This document shows positions 25,351-39,876 of a stretch of DNA of 64,000 nucleotides, one piece after another. Both the position numbers and the translations under genes were made by a program. Origin of the DNA: the human T2T-CHM13v2.0 reference genome, Homo sapiens; assembly GCF_009914755.1 (NCBI RefSeq), contig NC_060927.1, one strand, 5' to 3'. Under the pieces are notes generated by a model, which worked only from the letters and a program-made list of their open reading frames with translations, did not search any database and was not told where the DNA came from. Numbering within the stretch: the stretch's first letter is position 1; the number at the start of each line of letters is the position of its first letter.

Positions 25351-28025
25351 TAAAATACATATACTTGGAAATTCAAAGGACATATAATTTAAAATATCAC
25401 ATTTATATTCTCTTTAATATTTTCTATTCTTTCAATAAGAAGATAAAGCATAACTACAAGATTTAGCATGGGTAGGGGTAGGGGGAGAAATGAGAAAATG
25501 AAGTAGGGAGAAAAGCTATTTCTCTCCCCTATGTGGGGAGAAATAACATTACAAAAAAGAAATAGAAGCTAAAATGCATCATCTTCAATTGTGTGTTATA
25601 CTAACTCCATAGTTTGAAGTTTGTGCTTATTAGAAATCCTGACATCTGTGAATTTAAGGTAGTTGTCTCTGTTTTTGTCTTAAATGAAAGTCAAAGTTGA
25701 ATACACTGAACTTTCTGAGGAGCAGCAGAATTTCAAGGGTTCCTTCCTTTAGAAATTATAGGGAGTATCTGAGGACTAACTTGATACTGGAGAAATATTT
25801 GCACATTGCTAAAACCTGTTATTCTCTTTTCAACTGGAGCAAGATAGAATTCCCACAGCTAGGTCATTACTATACTTTGACTCCTAAACTCTCATGTTTA
25901 TACTGTGTCTACATATTTGAGAATTGCAAAAGGTGGGAACAACACTTTCTTCACTGATTTCTATTATTTATTATATACACATATATACACACACACAAAT
26001 ATACATACATATATGTACATATATTTTTAAACAAAATTATGATTAGCATTTTATTTGAAGAGTGCAAAGTACCTAAAAGTCACTAAGACAAAGGTTTGAA
26101 GTTGACACTGGATAAAAAGACAACCTTGAAATAATTTTAAAGTTTGCAATTAACACAGATCACAGTGTGGCAAGTAAAAGTTTTAATAGCAGACTGGCCC
26201 AGGCCTTGAGGTAAATTATGCATAATTATTCATAACTGCTATTTTTGGCTTGCCTGATTTGTCCTAGACCTCTGGCTGAGGAAACAATTTGAAATAATTA
26301 GTGTACTAGTGCATTGACAATGATGAATGAATTGAATACTTCTTGTGCCAAACATAGATCTTGATAGGAAGCAGATAACTTTGACAACTGTGGTATTTTG
26401 TTATTAGATCTCTGAAAGTGGAAAGTTTATGTTATTTTTTGTGATTTTTTATAGGGTGTTTCATAAGTCATTCTCTAATGTCCTCAATCATTAATGAGGC
26501 TGTGATTAAAAACAAACCAAAAAAAATTTAAAAACAGCATTGATGTTTATTTATACCAAATTTTTACATGTTTAATGTTAAGAGTTTAAACTATGATATT
26601 CTAAAAATAACTTCATGGTAATTAAGAGACTTCCTTTCAATTTTAATTTCATGACTAAATTAGAGTTTAGTATATTATATCAAAACTATATTTAAGAAAA
26701 ATAATACAGATAATTAAACACAATGCTTCTTGAAATAGAGAAGCTTTAAATTTTTCATATGATAATTAGTAATTTTTTCTAAATATTACAAAATGCATAT
26801 TTGCCTACCTGTTGAGTTCCTATTGCTAGGAAACAAAACCTTCCCTTTACATATGTTAGTATAGAAAATAATTTTCAATGATTAAAATATGCAAATGTAT
26901 TGAAATTTAAAAATTTAGAAATTCTGGTACACCATCAAAAAATAAAACTAGCAGAAAATTATAGAAAAGTCTCAGAGAGATGTTTTTCCAATTCATTGTA
27001 CATAAATTATATAAAGCTCCACTTTTAATTAAGCAAATACTCAGAACACAATATATTCGCATTTTTCAGTAGAATAAACACTAACAATTGTCTGTCTGGA
27101 GACAACTGTTCCTTGGCTGGAGGTTTGGACAGACAGGCAATCTTTGTTTTGGTATAAAAGCATCAGCCCATTTAGGTCACCTGAGTGAAAAGAATTAGAC
27201 TTATTTTTTCTGAAACCATAAAATAATTTAAAAGTATAAAAAGATGAATTCACAGACAACCTTTGGCATCTATAATAATTTTATCACTGCTAATTATACA
27301 TGTTTTTTTTTCTAATTTTAAAAGGTTAGTTAGGGCATCCACATTTGCAGTAAAATTTTTTTATAGATATTGTACATATTTTTCAGACCGAAATTATAAA
27401 CATTTATATTACACAGGCACATAGTAGTTGGGTCTTAGCTGTGCTTCTGAAATACAGCATCTAATCAATGTTCTCATTCTCTGTTACTTATAACCATGAC
27501 AAAATTATTTAAATGATTCTTGCTTTTCATGTATAGAATAAACTGCAATCTTAAATAAACTGCTAATAAAATATATCAACTTGTTTGATAACTGTTATAT
27601 ATAAACTATTATTTTATGTAACTCTTACCCATAATGAAGAGATAAAAAATCACACAGGTGACCATACAGTGTTTTTGTGTATATTTTCAGATATCATATA
27701 TTTCAAAATTGTGCCTATGACCTTGAAAAAGCTGTTTTTTTGTGGGATCATATGGCTACATAAAGAGACACTTCTCTTAAGTTCTCTTGCATTTATTAGG
27801 TTTAAAGTTCAAATATATCATTTCTTCAGTTTTACTGGGATGTATGTAAATTCTACTTCATAACCTTAATTTTGTTTTTTTGTTCATATTTTCTGATAGT
27901 AGAAATTGCAGCATTCAATCTACTTTACCTGAAGCCTTTGTTAATTAGATACAGTTACTGGTTTTGACAGAGCCAGATGAACGGCTCTGAAAGTCAACAA
28001 ACTCTAATATTGAGATTATAGCCTC

Positions 28026-28334
<309 letters not shown>

Positions 28335-31300
28335 TTATAGCCTCAGAAAATAATGATTTAATCACAGAACTAGAATTACTTAAGTTTAAACCTAAGGATA
28401 CTTGGCTTAATCTGTGAGATAGCTTTTATTTTATTTTCCTCATAAGGACTTTGTCATATTGGATTACTTTGGACCCAAACCTTCAAGGACACTTAGCCTG
28501 GCTCTCTGTCCTGATGGAAATGGAATAGCGGTGGTCTGGGAGTGAAGATTTCCACTGGTCTATGGAATGCACACAACTTGGCTATAAAGTGTAGCCAAGG
28601 AGTTGATGACATACGAACTAGTTCTTCTACACTTTTCTTCTGAGACAGGTGCTGTTGCGACTACTCTTGCTATTGAAGTGAAGATAGAGCAAAAGTGTAG
28701 ACAGTGGGATCCCAAGCTCAAATATAAATATTTAACCCTAAGTATCAGTTATAAAAATGATACGTTTCTATATGTCATTGCAGAAGAGAAACACTTGGGG
28801 ATTTTGAGACCCTTGAGTGAAGAAAAAGAAAAAACAAGAATTTATTTGAGAGCAATTTGAGAGCAATTTTTGTGAATGCTCATTTTGGTTATTTTTGTTA
28901 ATATTACCTAGAATTAAGTTCAGTAGTTTTCTGGTCTAGTGGATCGTTAAATAGAAGATGTTTACAGCATGAAGAGCATATGCTAACTCTTTAAAACCAT
29001 TTTTTTTTTTTTTTTAAGAATTGAATCTGATACTTTTGCTTAGCTGGATAAGGGAGGCAAAATTTTTAACAGATTGAACACTTTAAAAAGGCTTCTGTTT
29101 AGTATCACATTATGGTCATGCATTTTCAGATTGGTACAAATTAGCCTTGATATTACATGAAGATTTTTATGTCTCAAATTTATCAACGTTGTTTCAAAAA
29201 CTATATGAAGAAAGAAGCGTTTTACCCACTAAAATAAAATGAACTGTTATATAGCAGGCTTAACTACCTCTGTGGTAAGTTCTCTGTGAGAGAATATAAA
29301 ATAAGCATATTTTATTTTTCAAATGCCTCTTGTCATTTGAAGCCAAGCAGATTCAACTTTGTGGCAATGGCTACATACTGAACTCTATGAGAACAATAAT
29401 GTCTCAAATTGATTGAATATCACTAATCGGTTCTAAAGAAGGTGATACTGTCTTTAAGTTGGAAGCAATTAATTTTGGTGTACAATGAAGCAAGCAATGG
29501 ATATAATAGGTGTTTTTCTTATGACACAAATTGATAACTTGATTTTGAGGCTTATATTGAGTGAATGTCGTGGGAAGTAATTTTACAAACTCTTCTCACA
29601 TTTGTTTCATTCTAAGAAAATGGTGAATGATAAAATAATGGGAAAGAAAACAGCATCTATAACTTATTCAGGATTGCACACTCTTTTCTTAATTGCTTTA
29701 GGGTACAACTTCAGAGCTTATTGCTAAAAGGTTATATGTTTTCCTTGTGATGTGATTTTCTAATCACGGGGAAAAAAAATATGATATCATCCCAAAGGAG
29801 GCAGTTGAACAAAAGACAACACATAACCAGAAAAGCAAAGGTTCATGGCCTGACTTAAAACTCCTTTGAATCAGGAACCACCTTATGATCACAACTGCCA
29901 TGTTTAAATGCATGACTCAGAGATGTGCCTATCGTTGATAACATTAGCGGGTCATTGTGTAAGCCTGACCATAATCTTTCTATAGACAGAAGCCCTCTGT
30001 TTGGGTGGAAGGCTTAAAAAGTAGTGTTCTGTGAGATAGATTGCAATTTCTTCCATTCGCTTTTGTTTCTTCCTTCTTCGTAACCAACCGCCCCTTCTTC
30101 TCTACTCCCCCACCACCCCCTTTACGTCTGAAGCCATCAATTCATGTATTTAAATGTCCTTGGAAACTGAAAGTAATCTAGAAGGTTATTAGCATATTGT
30201 TATAAATGTTAATGGCCTGACAGCAAGGATGGGCTTTTTCTTTTATGCGTGTTGTTGTGAACATTGTGAGTTTAAATGGGGTAAATCTTCCCCATTCAGA
30301 GTGTTGCCCTGGCCCTTCATTCACATGTCAGGAGCTCATTGTGTGCCCAAACCTTGTCAGAGGCTTCTAGATGTTTAGTGGCAGCAGCTTGCCATTGAGA
30401 GCTGGGAAGAGGGCTGTTTGGGATGGGGGAAAGACCAGCCTAGGCAGCCAGGTGGTGGCCAACTGGCCAGTAACTGACAGACAATTTAACCTAACCAGGC
30501 TGTACAGTCAGGCCTGCGTTACAAAAGACCCACATGTGTCCTTAGCAAGCTTCATTAACTCTTTTGGCTAGGGCTGTACTCCTCTGACATATTAATTAGT
30601 TGCAATGCTTTCTCCTACTCCAACTTAACCTTTCCATTGGTCACTCGATTCAAGTGGATCCATTGGAAGCTATTAGAATAATATGCAAAATAACTGGAAA
30701 AATAGCTGTAGGAGGAACAAGATTCCCTATCACTTCACTGATTTTGTAAGAAACAACAATGTTGAAAAGAAAATGTGTGATCATTAATACTTCACTCAGA
30801 AAGGTGATCTATTCCATATTGTTAATAATAACAGGACATCAATTACAGTGTAATTATGTGCATGTCATAGGTATAGAATTGTCATGATTTATTCTGTCTC
30901 TGTAATAAAAATAAAGGAAAATACTATAAAACAACATTTTGATGTATTTTAGGTTATCTTAATGACCAGAGTGACTTGATGTGGGGATTATAAATTGGTT
31001 CAGCTTTTTGAGTAATTTTCACAAGTTAAAGTCTTAATGAAGAAGAAATTGCAATATTCAAAAAAGTTAATATTTTTAATATTATAACAAGTACAGTATT
31101 CAGAATCTGTAAATATGTTTCATATGTACATAGGTAGAGATAGATATACATATAAATGTATCCACCAAAAAAGATGAGTTTTTTGTGTACTCCTTGATAT
31201 TTTACATTTCATAATCAAGTGCTGTATCATGTAACTCTAAGTAGAGATGCATCAAGTATTGAATTTAATGACTATTGAATCTAATTTGTATCCTTTGTTT

Positions 31301-34260
31301 GTTTTGCTTATAGAATGTTTTTTGTCAGAGGTATTCTATACGCATAAATTAAATGTCCAAATTTAATTTGGAATTCCTAAAATCCAAGGCCAAAAATGCA
31401 TTTTATATATCAACCCTTACATAGGCAGTAAATCTTCAGTGGTATAGTACTTTTAACTTCTCACAGCAGATAAGTCACCTCTCAAATCCATTGGGTGAGT
31501 AAACTCAGTTTCATTTTATCGTTTTAGATACTGTTATTTTTCCAACTTAAGGAAAGTTTCATATTACTTAGTTCAATATCCTAAAGAAAAAAATAGAAAC
31601 AAGTACAATGTGTATACTTATTATTAAATGTTTTTATTAGCTATGTAAAATCAATAATTCTAAAAGTAGATTTTGCTTTAAACTGTATTACCAGAAAGAG
31701 AGAAGCTGTATTCAAAACCTGATGATGAGCATTGTCTGCTTACTTTTTGGTCAGCTTCACTGTATTTTTCCTCACAATAATTGGTTAATATGAGTCAGGC
31801 TGACTCTAAAATAAGCATATCTGAGGCAATTCTTGAGAACTAAAACAATGTGTTTAGTTTTAAGTTACATATAAAAATAACATACTGTCACATTTCAAGA
31901 AAAAAGAAAAAAATGATCCCTTCAACATTGGCTATTGTCTCTAAACCATGTTCTATAAAAAATAAAGTAAATTAAAAAAACATAGTGAACAACCACAGTC
32001 TGGTAGCAAACATGCATTTTATTCCCAAATCACACGTGTGTCTTTTGGGACATATATTTTGGGAAAATAGTTGATATTGGTGGTAGAAGCAAGGAAAAAT
32101 TACTCGGCTTTTACAGAGAAGAAACTCAAGAAAAATGCTATGTAAGAAAAATGACTCATGGAGATAAGTTATAATAGTTTTAATTTCAATTGATTTTAAT
32201 TTAATTGTGAATCTTAGGGACTCAGAAATGATCTGTTTTCTGTTGGTGAAAGCTGCACATTAAATATCAAGAGGTCTTAGGTTTCCGTGATACTAGGTGT
32301 TCTCATACTTAGATAGTCTCATGTATTTGCATAGTAATAAGATTATAATATCTGTCTCTAGGAGTGCTTAAGTCTTCTTTATCATCCACGAGTAATCTGA
32401 ATATACCTGATCAAGGCAAAAATGTAAGTGTGGTCATTATGAGTATTTCATTATTGTTTTTATCAGGGAAATGAGATTATCTGCAGCTACATACAATGAG
32501 CTTATTATCTGTTAGTAGATTGGGTCTCTTTTTTAATCCATTTCTAAGCAGCATGTGCATTTACATAATGTACATATCACTTCAGGAAGTAAAATTACAA
32601 AAAGATTGATTGCAGAGAGTATATTTACCCTATATTCTAGCAAGTTCATCATTTTTTTAAGAATCCCTGTCTTGAATGTAAATCAGAATTATTATATCCT
32701 TAATAATATAGTTATAAATCAGAGCCAACAGTCTTAGAACCACACATCTTAATGAAGTTACTTTTTAAAATTAACCACCAAGTTAAATTATGAAATATAT
32801 ATTAGAGTATGATATTTGCCAGGTGATAATACTTTAAAAAAGATGGAGCTTTGGAAAGAATTTATACTAATCAATTTAATAGGATATAAATAATTATAAG
32901 ATGTTTTGACCCTACATTTTTAAAAATCAAATCAAATTTGGTAAATCTGATAAGAATAGCATGTGCAGAGGAAAAAAAAAGCATGAAACATTGTGTGAAC
33001 TAATTTGGTTGTCTCCATTTAATTGGAAGCATGTATTAACATTCTGTGGTTCTGCATAATACTTTTTCTGTTAAACTAAGCTTCAAAAATCTGGTAACAA
33101 TAGGTTTGGTAAAGAAAAAAAGTGATAGCATTTTTTTTTTTTTTTTGTAATCTGGCCTTGAAACTTTCACCTGAGGAAATAAGCATGTGTTGGTTGTATT
33201 TGGCAGTAGAATGTTACCTTTGAAAATAGGCCCTTTTTATTTGATGTGATCCAAAATAAAGCTGAAACAAATTGGGTCACAGGTGCCAACACTTGATAAT
33301 TTACAGTGTGGTAAAACCGAGTGGTGTTTGTAAGTATAATTTGCTCCGGGAAAATTTGAAACCACTTTAAGTTGGAAAAGTGTCAATATTTTATAACATA
33401 TTTTATACCAACCATACCCAGATTGCAAGATCCTTTTTAACTACAAGCTGTAGTTAACTTTCAACTATTCATTTAAATTTGTGGCTTACAAGTGTAGTGT
33501 AAAGTCACTGGTCATTTATTAAAGCACATTCTTTAAATATTAAGACACAGGAATTGATAAACATATATATTTTAGTATGTGGAAGTTTATTTTGAACCTT
33601 GTTGAGTTATTAACTTCAAAAAAATTTTGACCAAATTAGTAAAATTATGTTTCAGCCTTATTGGCTTTATGACATTTAAAAGATTATAGGCGTTGAAGTT
33701 CAAAAACTAATATTATTAAATATTAGTAACTAACATTATTCCACTTTAAATTTTGATTTATACAAGTTAATTAAAATACTTCCTAAAAGGACGGGTTGTC
33801 ATCTAAAATTTTCCTTTTGGTTTCTGAACCATGCCTGCGATTCTATTCTGGTTCTCTTATATTCTGGTACCCTTAGCATTGAAAAAGGAAGGAGGAAGAG
33901 GAGAGAGAAGGGCAAAAACATCCTATTCTCCAGGACTGAATTCCTCCTTCTGATTAGAGTTATTCTGTTGTTATTGTTGTTTTTTTACAGTTGTTTTCGT
34001 TTTGGCCACCACTGACCCCCAAGTGATGCTATCTTGTGCAACTTTGCTTTTATTTTTTGTTTAAGTTTCAGATATTTTTGTGAGATATTTTGTAATACTT
34101 TAATATAGAATCTGAAGTTTCTTTTAGCATTTTCCCATTTCATTTCTCATTTTGTGATACACATCTCAATATATTCCAATTTGGAGATATTAGTATATGC
34201 CACTGTAGAAAGATTATAGGTGTTGAAGTTCAAAAACTTGACTTAGAAATATCTTTTTGT

Positions 34261-34582
34261 GGCTGGACATGGTGGCTCACAACTGTAATCACAGCACTTC
34301 AGGAGGCGGAGGCAGGAGGATCACCTGCGGTCAGGAGATCGAGACCAGCCTGGCCAACATATAGTGAAACCCCGTCTTTACTAAAACGTGCAAAAATTAG
34401 CTGGGTGCGGTGGTGCATGCCTGTAGCCCCAGCTACTTGGGAAGCTGAGGCAGGAGAATAGGAGAATCTCTTGAACCCACCCAGGAGGCAGAGGTTGCGG
34501 TGAGCCAAGGTTGCGCCACTCTACTCCACCCTGGGTGACAGAGCAAGATTCCATCTCTAAAAAAAAAAAAAAAAAAAAAAAA
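34261..34582 (+). mobile_element. AluS (Sx/Sq-like)
   Basis: Dimeric Alu with 'gatcacctgcggtcaggag', 'gaccagcctggccaacat' and a long A-tail; small internal slips (aggagaat x2, accc x2). Confidence 0.93.
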
Positions 34583-34614
34583 TATATGTTTTTTCACCTA
34601 CTGTTTATTCTTAC

Positions 34615-34725
34615 ACCAGTTACTTAACCTTTCTAATTCTCAGGAATTTCTCTTGCAGAATGAGAGTAATAATACATGTCTCACAGAGTTGCTGTGTGCA
34701 ACCATATTTTGTAAAGCATCTTACA
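34615..34725 (+). mobile_element. MIR fragment
   Basis: 'agttacttaacctttct..ctcag..gcagaatgagagtaataata..ctcacagagttgctgtg'. Confidence 0.6.
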
Positions 34726-37700
34726 CATATTAACAGTCTTAAATCTTATTTAGAATCATAGTGTTACAAATGTATTTAACTATAAGTTTATTAATACATA
34801 CATCATAAAATCCTTGTCTCTGTTGGCATTTGTTGTGCAAACCACTTGGAATTTATCTGTAATATACCATAGGAAAATGAATTGAAGAAAATAAAATTTT
34901 CAAAATGGCTTTCAAATATTTTATTTTAATTTTATATGGAGATTAAAATAAATACATGCAGATATTTTTCTTAATATTTCAGATTCTCTTGTAACAACAA
35001 ATACCAAATACAAAAACACAGCCACATACAAGACACATATCTCACACACACACACACACGGTTTTCTTAGACATTGACTAATTTGCAAAACCAAACGCTT
35101 ACTTATATGTAGCATAGCATAAAGGGTTCACTCTGCGTGTGTGTGTGTGTGTGCACGCGTGTAGGTGTGTGTGAGTTTTATCACTTCTCATAATCATCTG
35201 AAATTTCCTAAATATTATAAGAGTAGTTTTTCTTCTTATATCTGATTCCACATCTTAACAAAAACTTTTACCTCTAAGCATGGACAGAATGCTGGTTAGC
35301 TACCTGCCAGCAATTCTTTACATCTGATCTGCAAAAGGACACTTGTCTGGGTGTTGTGCATGCCTTGGTGTGCACTGACAACTGAGTGTTAAAATCTCTG
35401 GGGGACATCCAGAGCGACCACAAGTCTGAGGCCTTGGATTACCTGTCCACATTTGGGACTGTAACTGTGAAAAAAGATTTCTCTCTCATACATCTGCCTT
35501 CTCTCTTCTGATTTGATGTTCCCTCTCCCATTGGTAAGATTTCAGTAAACAACTTCAAAGACTGACATAGGCTGACAGCACACGGCAGATGTGAAGGGTT
35601 ACTTCCTTTCTCTTTTAGGTTTCATTTTTTAAAAATTTTTGAAATTATCAATTAGCCTTAAGGTTTAGTTTGTTAGAAAGGGTTTTGAAAAGCCACTCAA
35701 ATTGCCAGAAAATGTGAAGGATAGCAAATCTTCAAGGTGTTAGTTCAAATTAGTGGTTGCTAATTAAATGCACTGTTTTATCAAATCACTCTGTACATCT
35801 CCTGTGGGTAATTTCAACTGTAGTCCTGACAACATTTGATGTGTTTTATATTTGCATTCACTGTTTTTGATGCTTGCTTTATTTCCTCTTCTTCTACCTC
35901 TCTTTCCCTCACTCGTTTTATTCTCTCCTATTTAAATACTGTGCTGTTCAATTAAATATTGATTGATTGATTTACTACACTCAGAATTTTCCAAAGAAGA
36001 CTGAGTCACAAAGCAAAAATATAATGTCTAATGATAATGAACATAATATCCTCCAAAGGAACCAAAGTATTAGAGGAAAATCCCAAGGGGTGAACTAAAT
36101 TCATATCTATTTGTACATTTACATTTTTATTTTGGGTTCTACCACTGAAATTTTTATCTTCTTTGTGGATAGTCTTAAAGTGTTGATTACAATTATTCTA
36201 CTGAACTTTTTCAAGGTGCAGTTCCCCTGGCATGATGATTCTAAAACAAATATTTACTAGGAATAAATGACATTTTAAGGGCTTATAATCAAGAGACATA
36301 TGTAGCCGATAGATAGATAGTAAATAATTTCAAGTCATTTTTATGTTATTACATCTTCTAAATATAATTTTGATTTCCATGTTGATATTCCTTTATTCCA
36401 TTTGTGCAAAGATGGAACTAAGGTATAAAGAAATGCTGTTAGCATACGTATAATTACACATACATTATTGTTGAGGAAGGAATTAGAAATAGGAGTCTGG
36501 CTGTGGAGTTATATGTCATAGCAAAGATGTACCAACTGTTTTGAAAGAAATTCTTGTTCTGAATTTTTAGTCCTTGGGGAATAATAGCTCCTGTGAATCC
36601 ATTATTTATTACTGTAGATAGTACACTATCTATGAAGTTTGTGGATTGGAGCAGATATTGTTTAGATGTTTTAGATGCACTGAAAATTATATTATAAAAC
36701 CTTTTCTGTTTTATTATTAATTCTGAATAATATAATGTATTAACTAAAATAATAATATTTTCAATACTGTTATATAGAATCCTCTATTTTTAAAGCATTT
36801 TGAGTCCATAACTTCTATTTGTTGAGCCACAGAAGAAATTTATATTTTATTTTTATGGGTAAAAGAAAAGTGTTTTATATCAGTTACTGCTTATAACTAG
36901 CATCTGAATCTTGAGAATAACCTTTTCTATGTGTTTAAAGTCATAATTTTATTGCTTTTATCCATTGTGTATTAAATCATAATAAGGTAGTCAAAGTCAA
37001 TAAATGTTTGTGGTATAAAAACTAGATGTATATTATATTATTAATGTGGGATGTTTTTCTAAAAGCAAAATGGTACAAACTATATCGCTTATATTTTATA
37101 AAAATTTTCATTTTTCTTTTTTTACTTGAATAAAATAATTTCTTTATACCTAATGAACCATTTGAGTAGTGTTATTTGTGTTTCTTGCAATGTTGAATTG
37201 TTTCATGTGCATTTTTATGTTTGCCAATGATTCAAGTATTGTGAAATTATATTTGAGATGGAATTTATTTGGAAGACTAATTAATATGTCTTTTTCTAAT
37301 GTTTTTCCTACTGTTATACTGATCTCTGATATCTCTTATTCCTCCCTCAAAAATCACATGGGAATGGAGTATAGATAGTTATCAGAGAAGGGGTTTTAAA
37401 CCAGTCTAATTTCTTTAAAAAGGAGGGGAACTTTTATAATTAGTTACCACCATTTGCCTTTATTTTTCATATAATAGGATACTTACTCCATCATCTAATA
37501 AGAAATAAATCATGATTCATAGTGAGTCTCTTTATGATCTTTGGTCCAGACCAGTCCAAGGGGAATACAAGCATAAAGTCTGAATCTTCTCTCATCTTTT
37601 TCGCTTAGATTGAGGTCACTGTTGGGGCAGAGCAGGGAACTGTGTGGTTAACTGTAGTGAAGACAGCCTTTGAGCCCAATGCTAAGTGTTATGTTCAAAT

Positions 37701-39726
37701 GTTGCCAATATTTTTAAAGTCTGTAAAAAAAAAAAAAAAAGATCTTCAAAAAATGTGGACAATGAAATCCTTGTCTAGCTCCTTTTTCGCTTTTTCCTAT
37801 TAACACATAAAGTCACAAATGCATGTTACCAAGTCAAACATACTCACACTTGTAGATACATGTTCCCAGCAGGGTTTCATTTGTGCTTAGTGCTGCGGTT
37901 TGGTGAAAAACCCTCTCATGTGTATAGTTGTTTTCATTTTTGAGCTTGTCACAGCATGAAATCAGTGTCTCACTGAGAGCAGGGTTTTTTTTTTTCAATA
38001 CCCTGAGACTTAGAGGCTAAGTAATTTAAATGTTTAAATATGCAGAAATACAACTCAAGTGCAGTTCGTATATTCATATCAATTTCTGTTATAAAAGGTT
38101 AAAACAAAATGCTGTAATCTGTAGTTGAGGGTGTTTAGAAAACCTGTTCTATTTGTTTCCGTGTTTTTCTACAACAGCATAAATTTCTTCCCTAAAAATC
38201 TACAAATGCATAGTGTGCCAATTAAATGATGTCAAAACAGCTCAACATTAATTTTTTTTTCATGAAAGCTTTCTTACCTGCTATACATCTAAGATATCTT
38301 AAATAGACCAGGCTTGAATGTGGAAATATTTAGGCATTGTCCTTTATGCAATTCCAAATCTGATTTTTTTTTTAAAGTAAGTTACCCACTATACCATAAA
38401 CAGAGTCAGAAGTTAGTTTCTCTTGATTTTCAAGTCTGTGTGTATTCAGTTCCCTAAAAAGAAAGATGAAACCATTCTCTTAAATTTATGGTGTGTATAT
38501 TTACTGACTGGCATGTGACAGGAACACTGGTTAGAAAGCCACAGCATTATGATGCATTGGGTCAAATATTGTTTTGACATTGTGCTTACTTTACAGTAAT
38601 CAACATATTAAACTGAGGAGCATTTCCTTATATATGCAAAATGCAAAGTATAAGGGCAGCAGTTTAGTAGCGTTATAAGGCCATAGAAGGTTAAGGTTTG
38701 CTTGCCTTGTGGTGCAGCTGATAAAACAACTGGACTGTTTCCAAAATTCCTTGACTCCAGCTTTGTCATTTATTTTTCTCTGTCGTTATTTTTTAAGGAA
38801 AAAAATAGACTTGTTTCCATGAAACTCTGAGGTGGCAAACCTGTACTTCACATAAAATAAAAACTTTTTTTGTAAGTGAAGTGCATATGGGACTACTCTG
38901 GCAAGTTTAGTTTGTGTAATTTGCTAAGACTTGCTTGTATAGGAGGAGCTAAAATAATTTCCAGAGAGTTGGAAAAAAAGAGATTTTGTCACAGCCTTTT
39001 GGACAAGATGTTGATAAACCAAGTGACTGATAAACCCCTTTAAATGGGATATTTTCCATACTCCAACACATAGTATGAAAATTTATTTTCATAGTTTTGA
39101 AAATGTTTCTTTTTATGTAAACAAAAACACTCATATTGTAATTATGTAATTTGAGTTTGACAGACTTAAGTAATCTCCTAGTTTTATTTAAATGACTTTT
39201 GTATTCTACCTGTTTCTTTTATATTGAAGTTTACTTTTTGAGCATTTCAGTGAATTTATTGGTGTTCATTGGTTTTCTGCCTTGTTTTCAAAATTGTAAT
39301 AGGCATGTTGAAGACCACAGAAGAATTTCTGAGTTAATTTCCAGTTGAGCAAATATGACAGATATATTAAATAAATGAATACTACCATAGAGTTTAATTC
39401 TTCTAACTTCTACTGATTTTTTTTCTTACAGCAAAATATATCAGTTATATATTTTGTCACATAGCTCAGTTTTGTACACTGATTAAAATATTTGAGAAGC
39501 CAGGCAGACATTCAAATGGACCTGTTTAATAGGTAGTCAATGACAACCTCAGAAGGTGATGCAGCCAAATAAACAGAAAAATAAATAAAAGACAATGTAA
39601 TGGAGATGGTAGTGGAGAGAGATATACTTAATACTGCGGTGTTTTAAATTTGAGCTTTTGGATTATTAGTGCCATATGCAATCAGTAAGTATGTCATAAA
39701 TCTTGTCCTTCAGAATTATGAGATAT

Positions 39727-39876
39727 CAAGACCAGCTCCATAATCTGGGGGTATAGGGTATTTTTGAAATACCTTGTTCAAAAACTAACAACTTTAAGAT
39801 TGTGGCAGCAGATCGTTAAATCTAAGCAGAGAGCCCTAGGAGACGATACAGATTGCATGCTCAGAAAGCTGGCCTG
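39727..39876 (-). mobile_element. MER91A-like hAT-Tip100 element
   Basis: 'caagaccagctccataat..ccttgttcaaaaa..gcagcaga..ttaaa..aagctggcctg' follows the reverse MER91A consensus. Confidence 0.6.
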
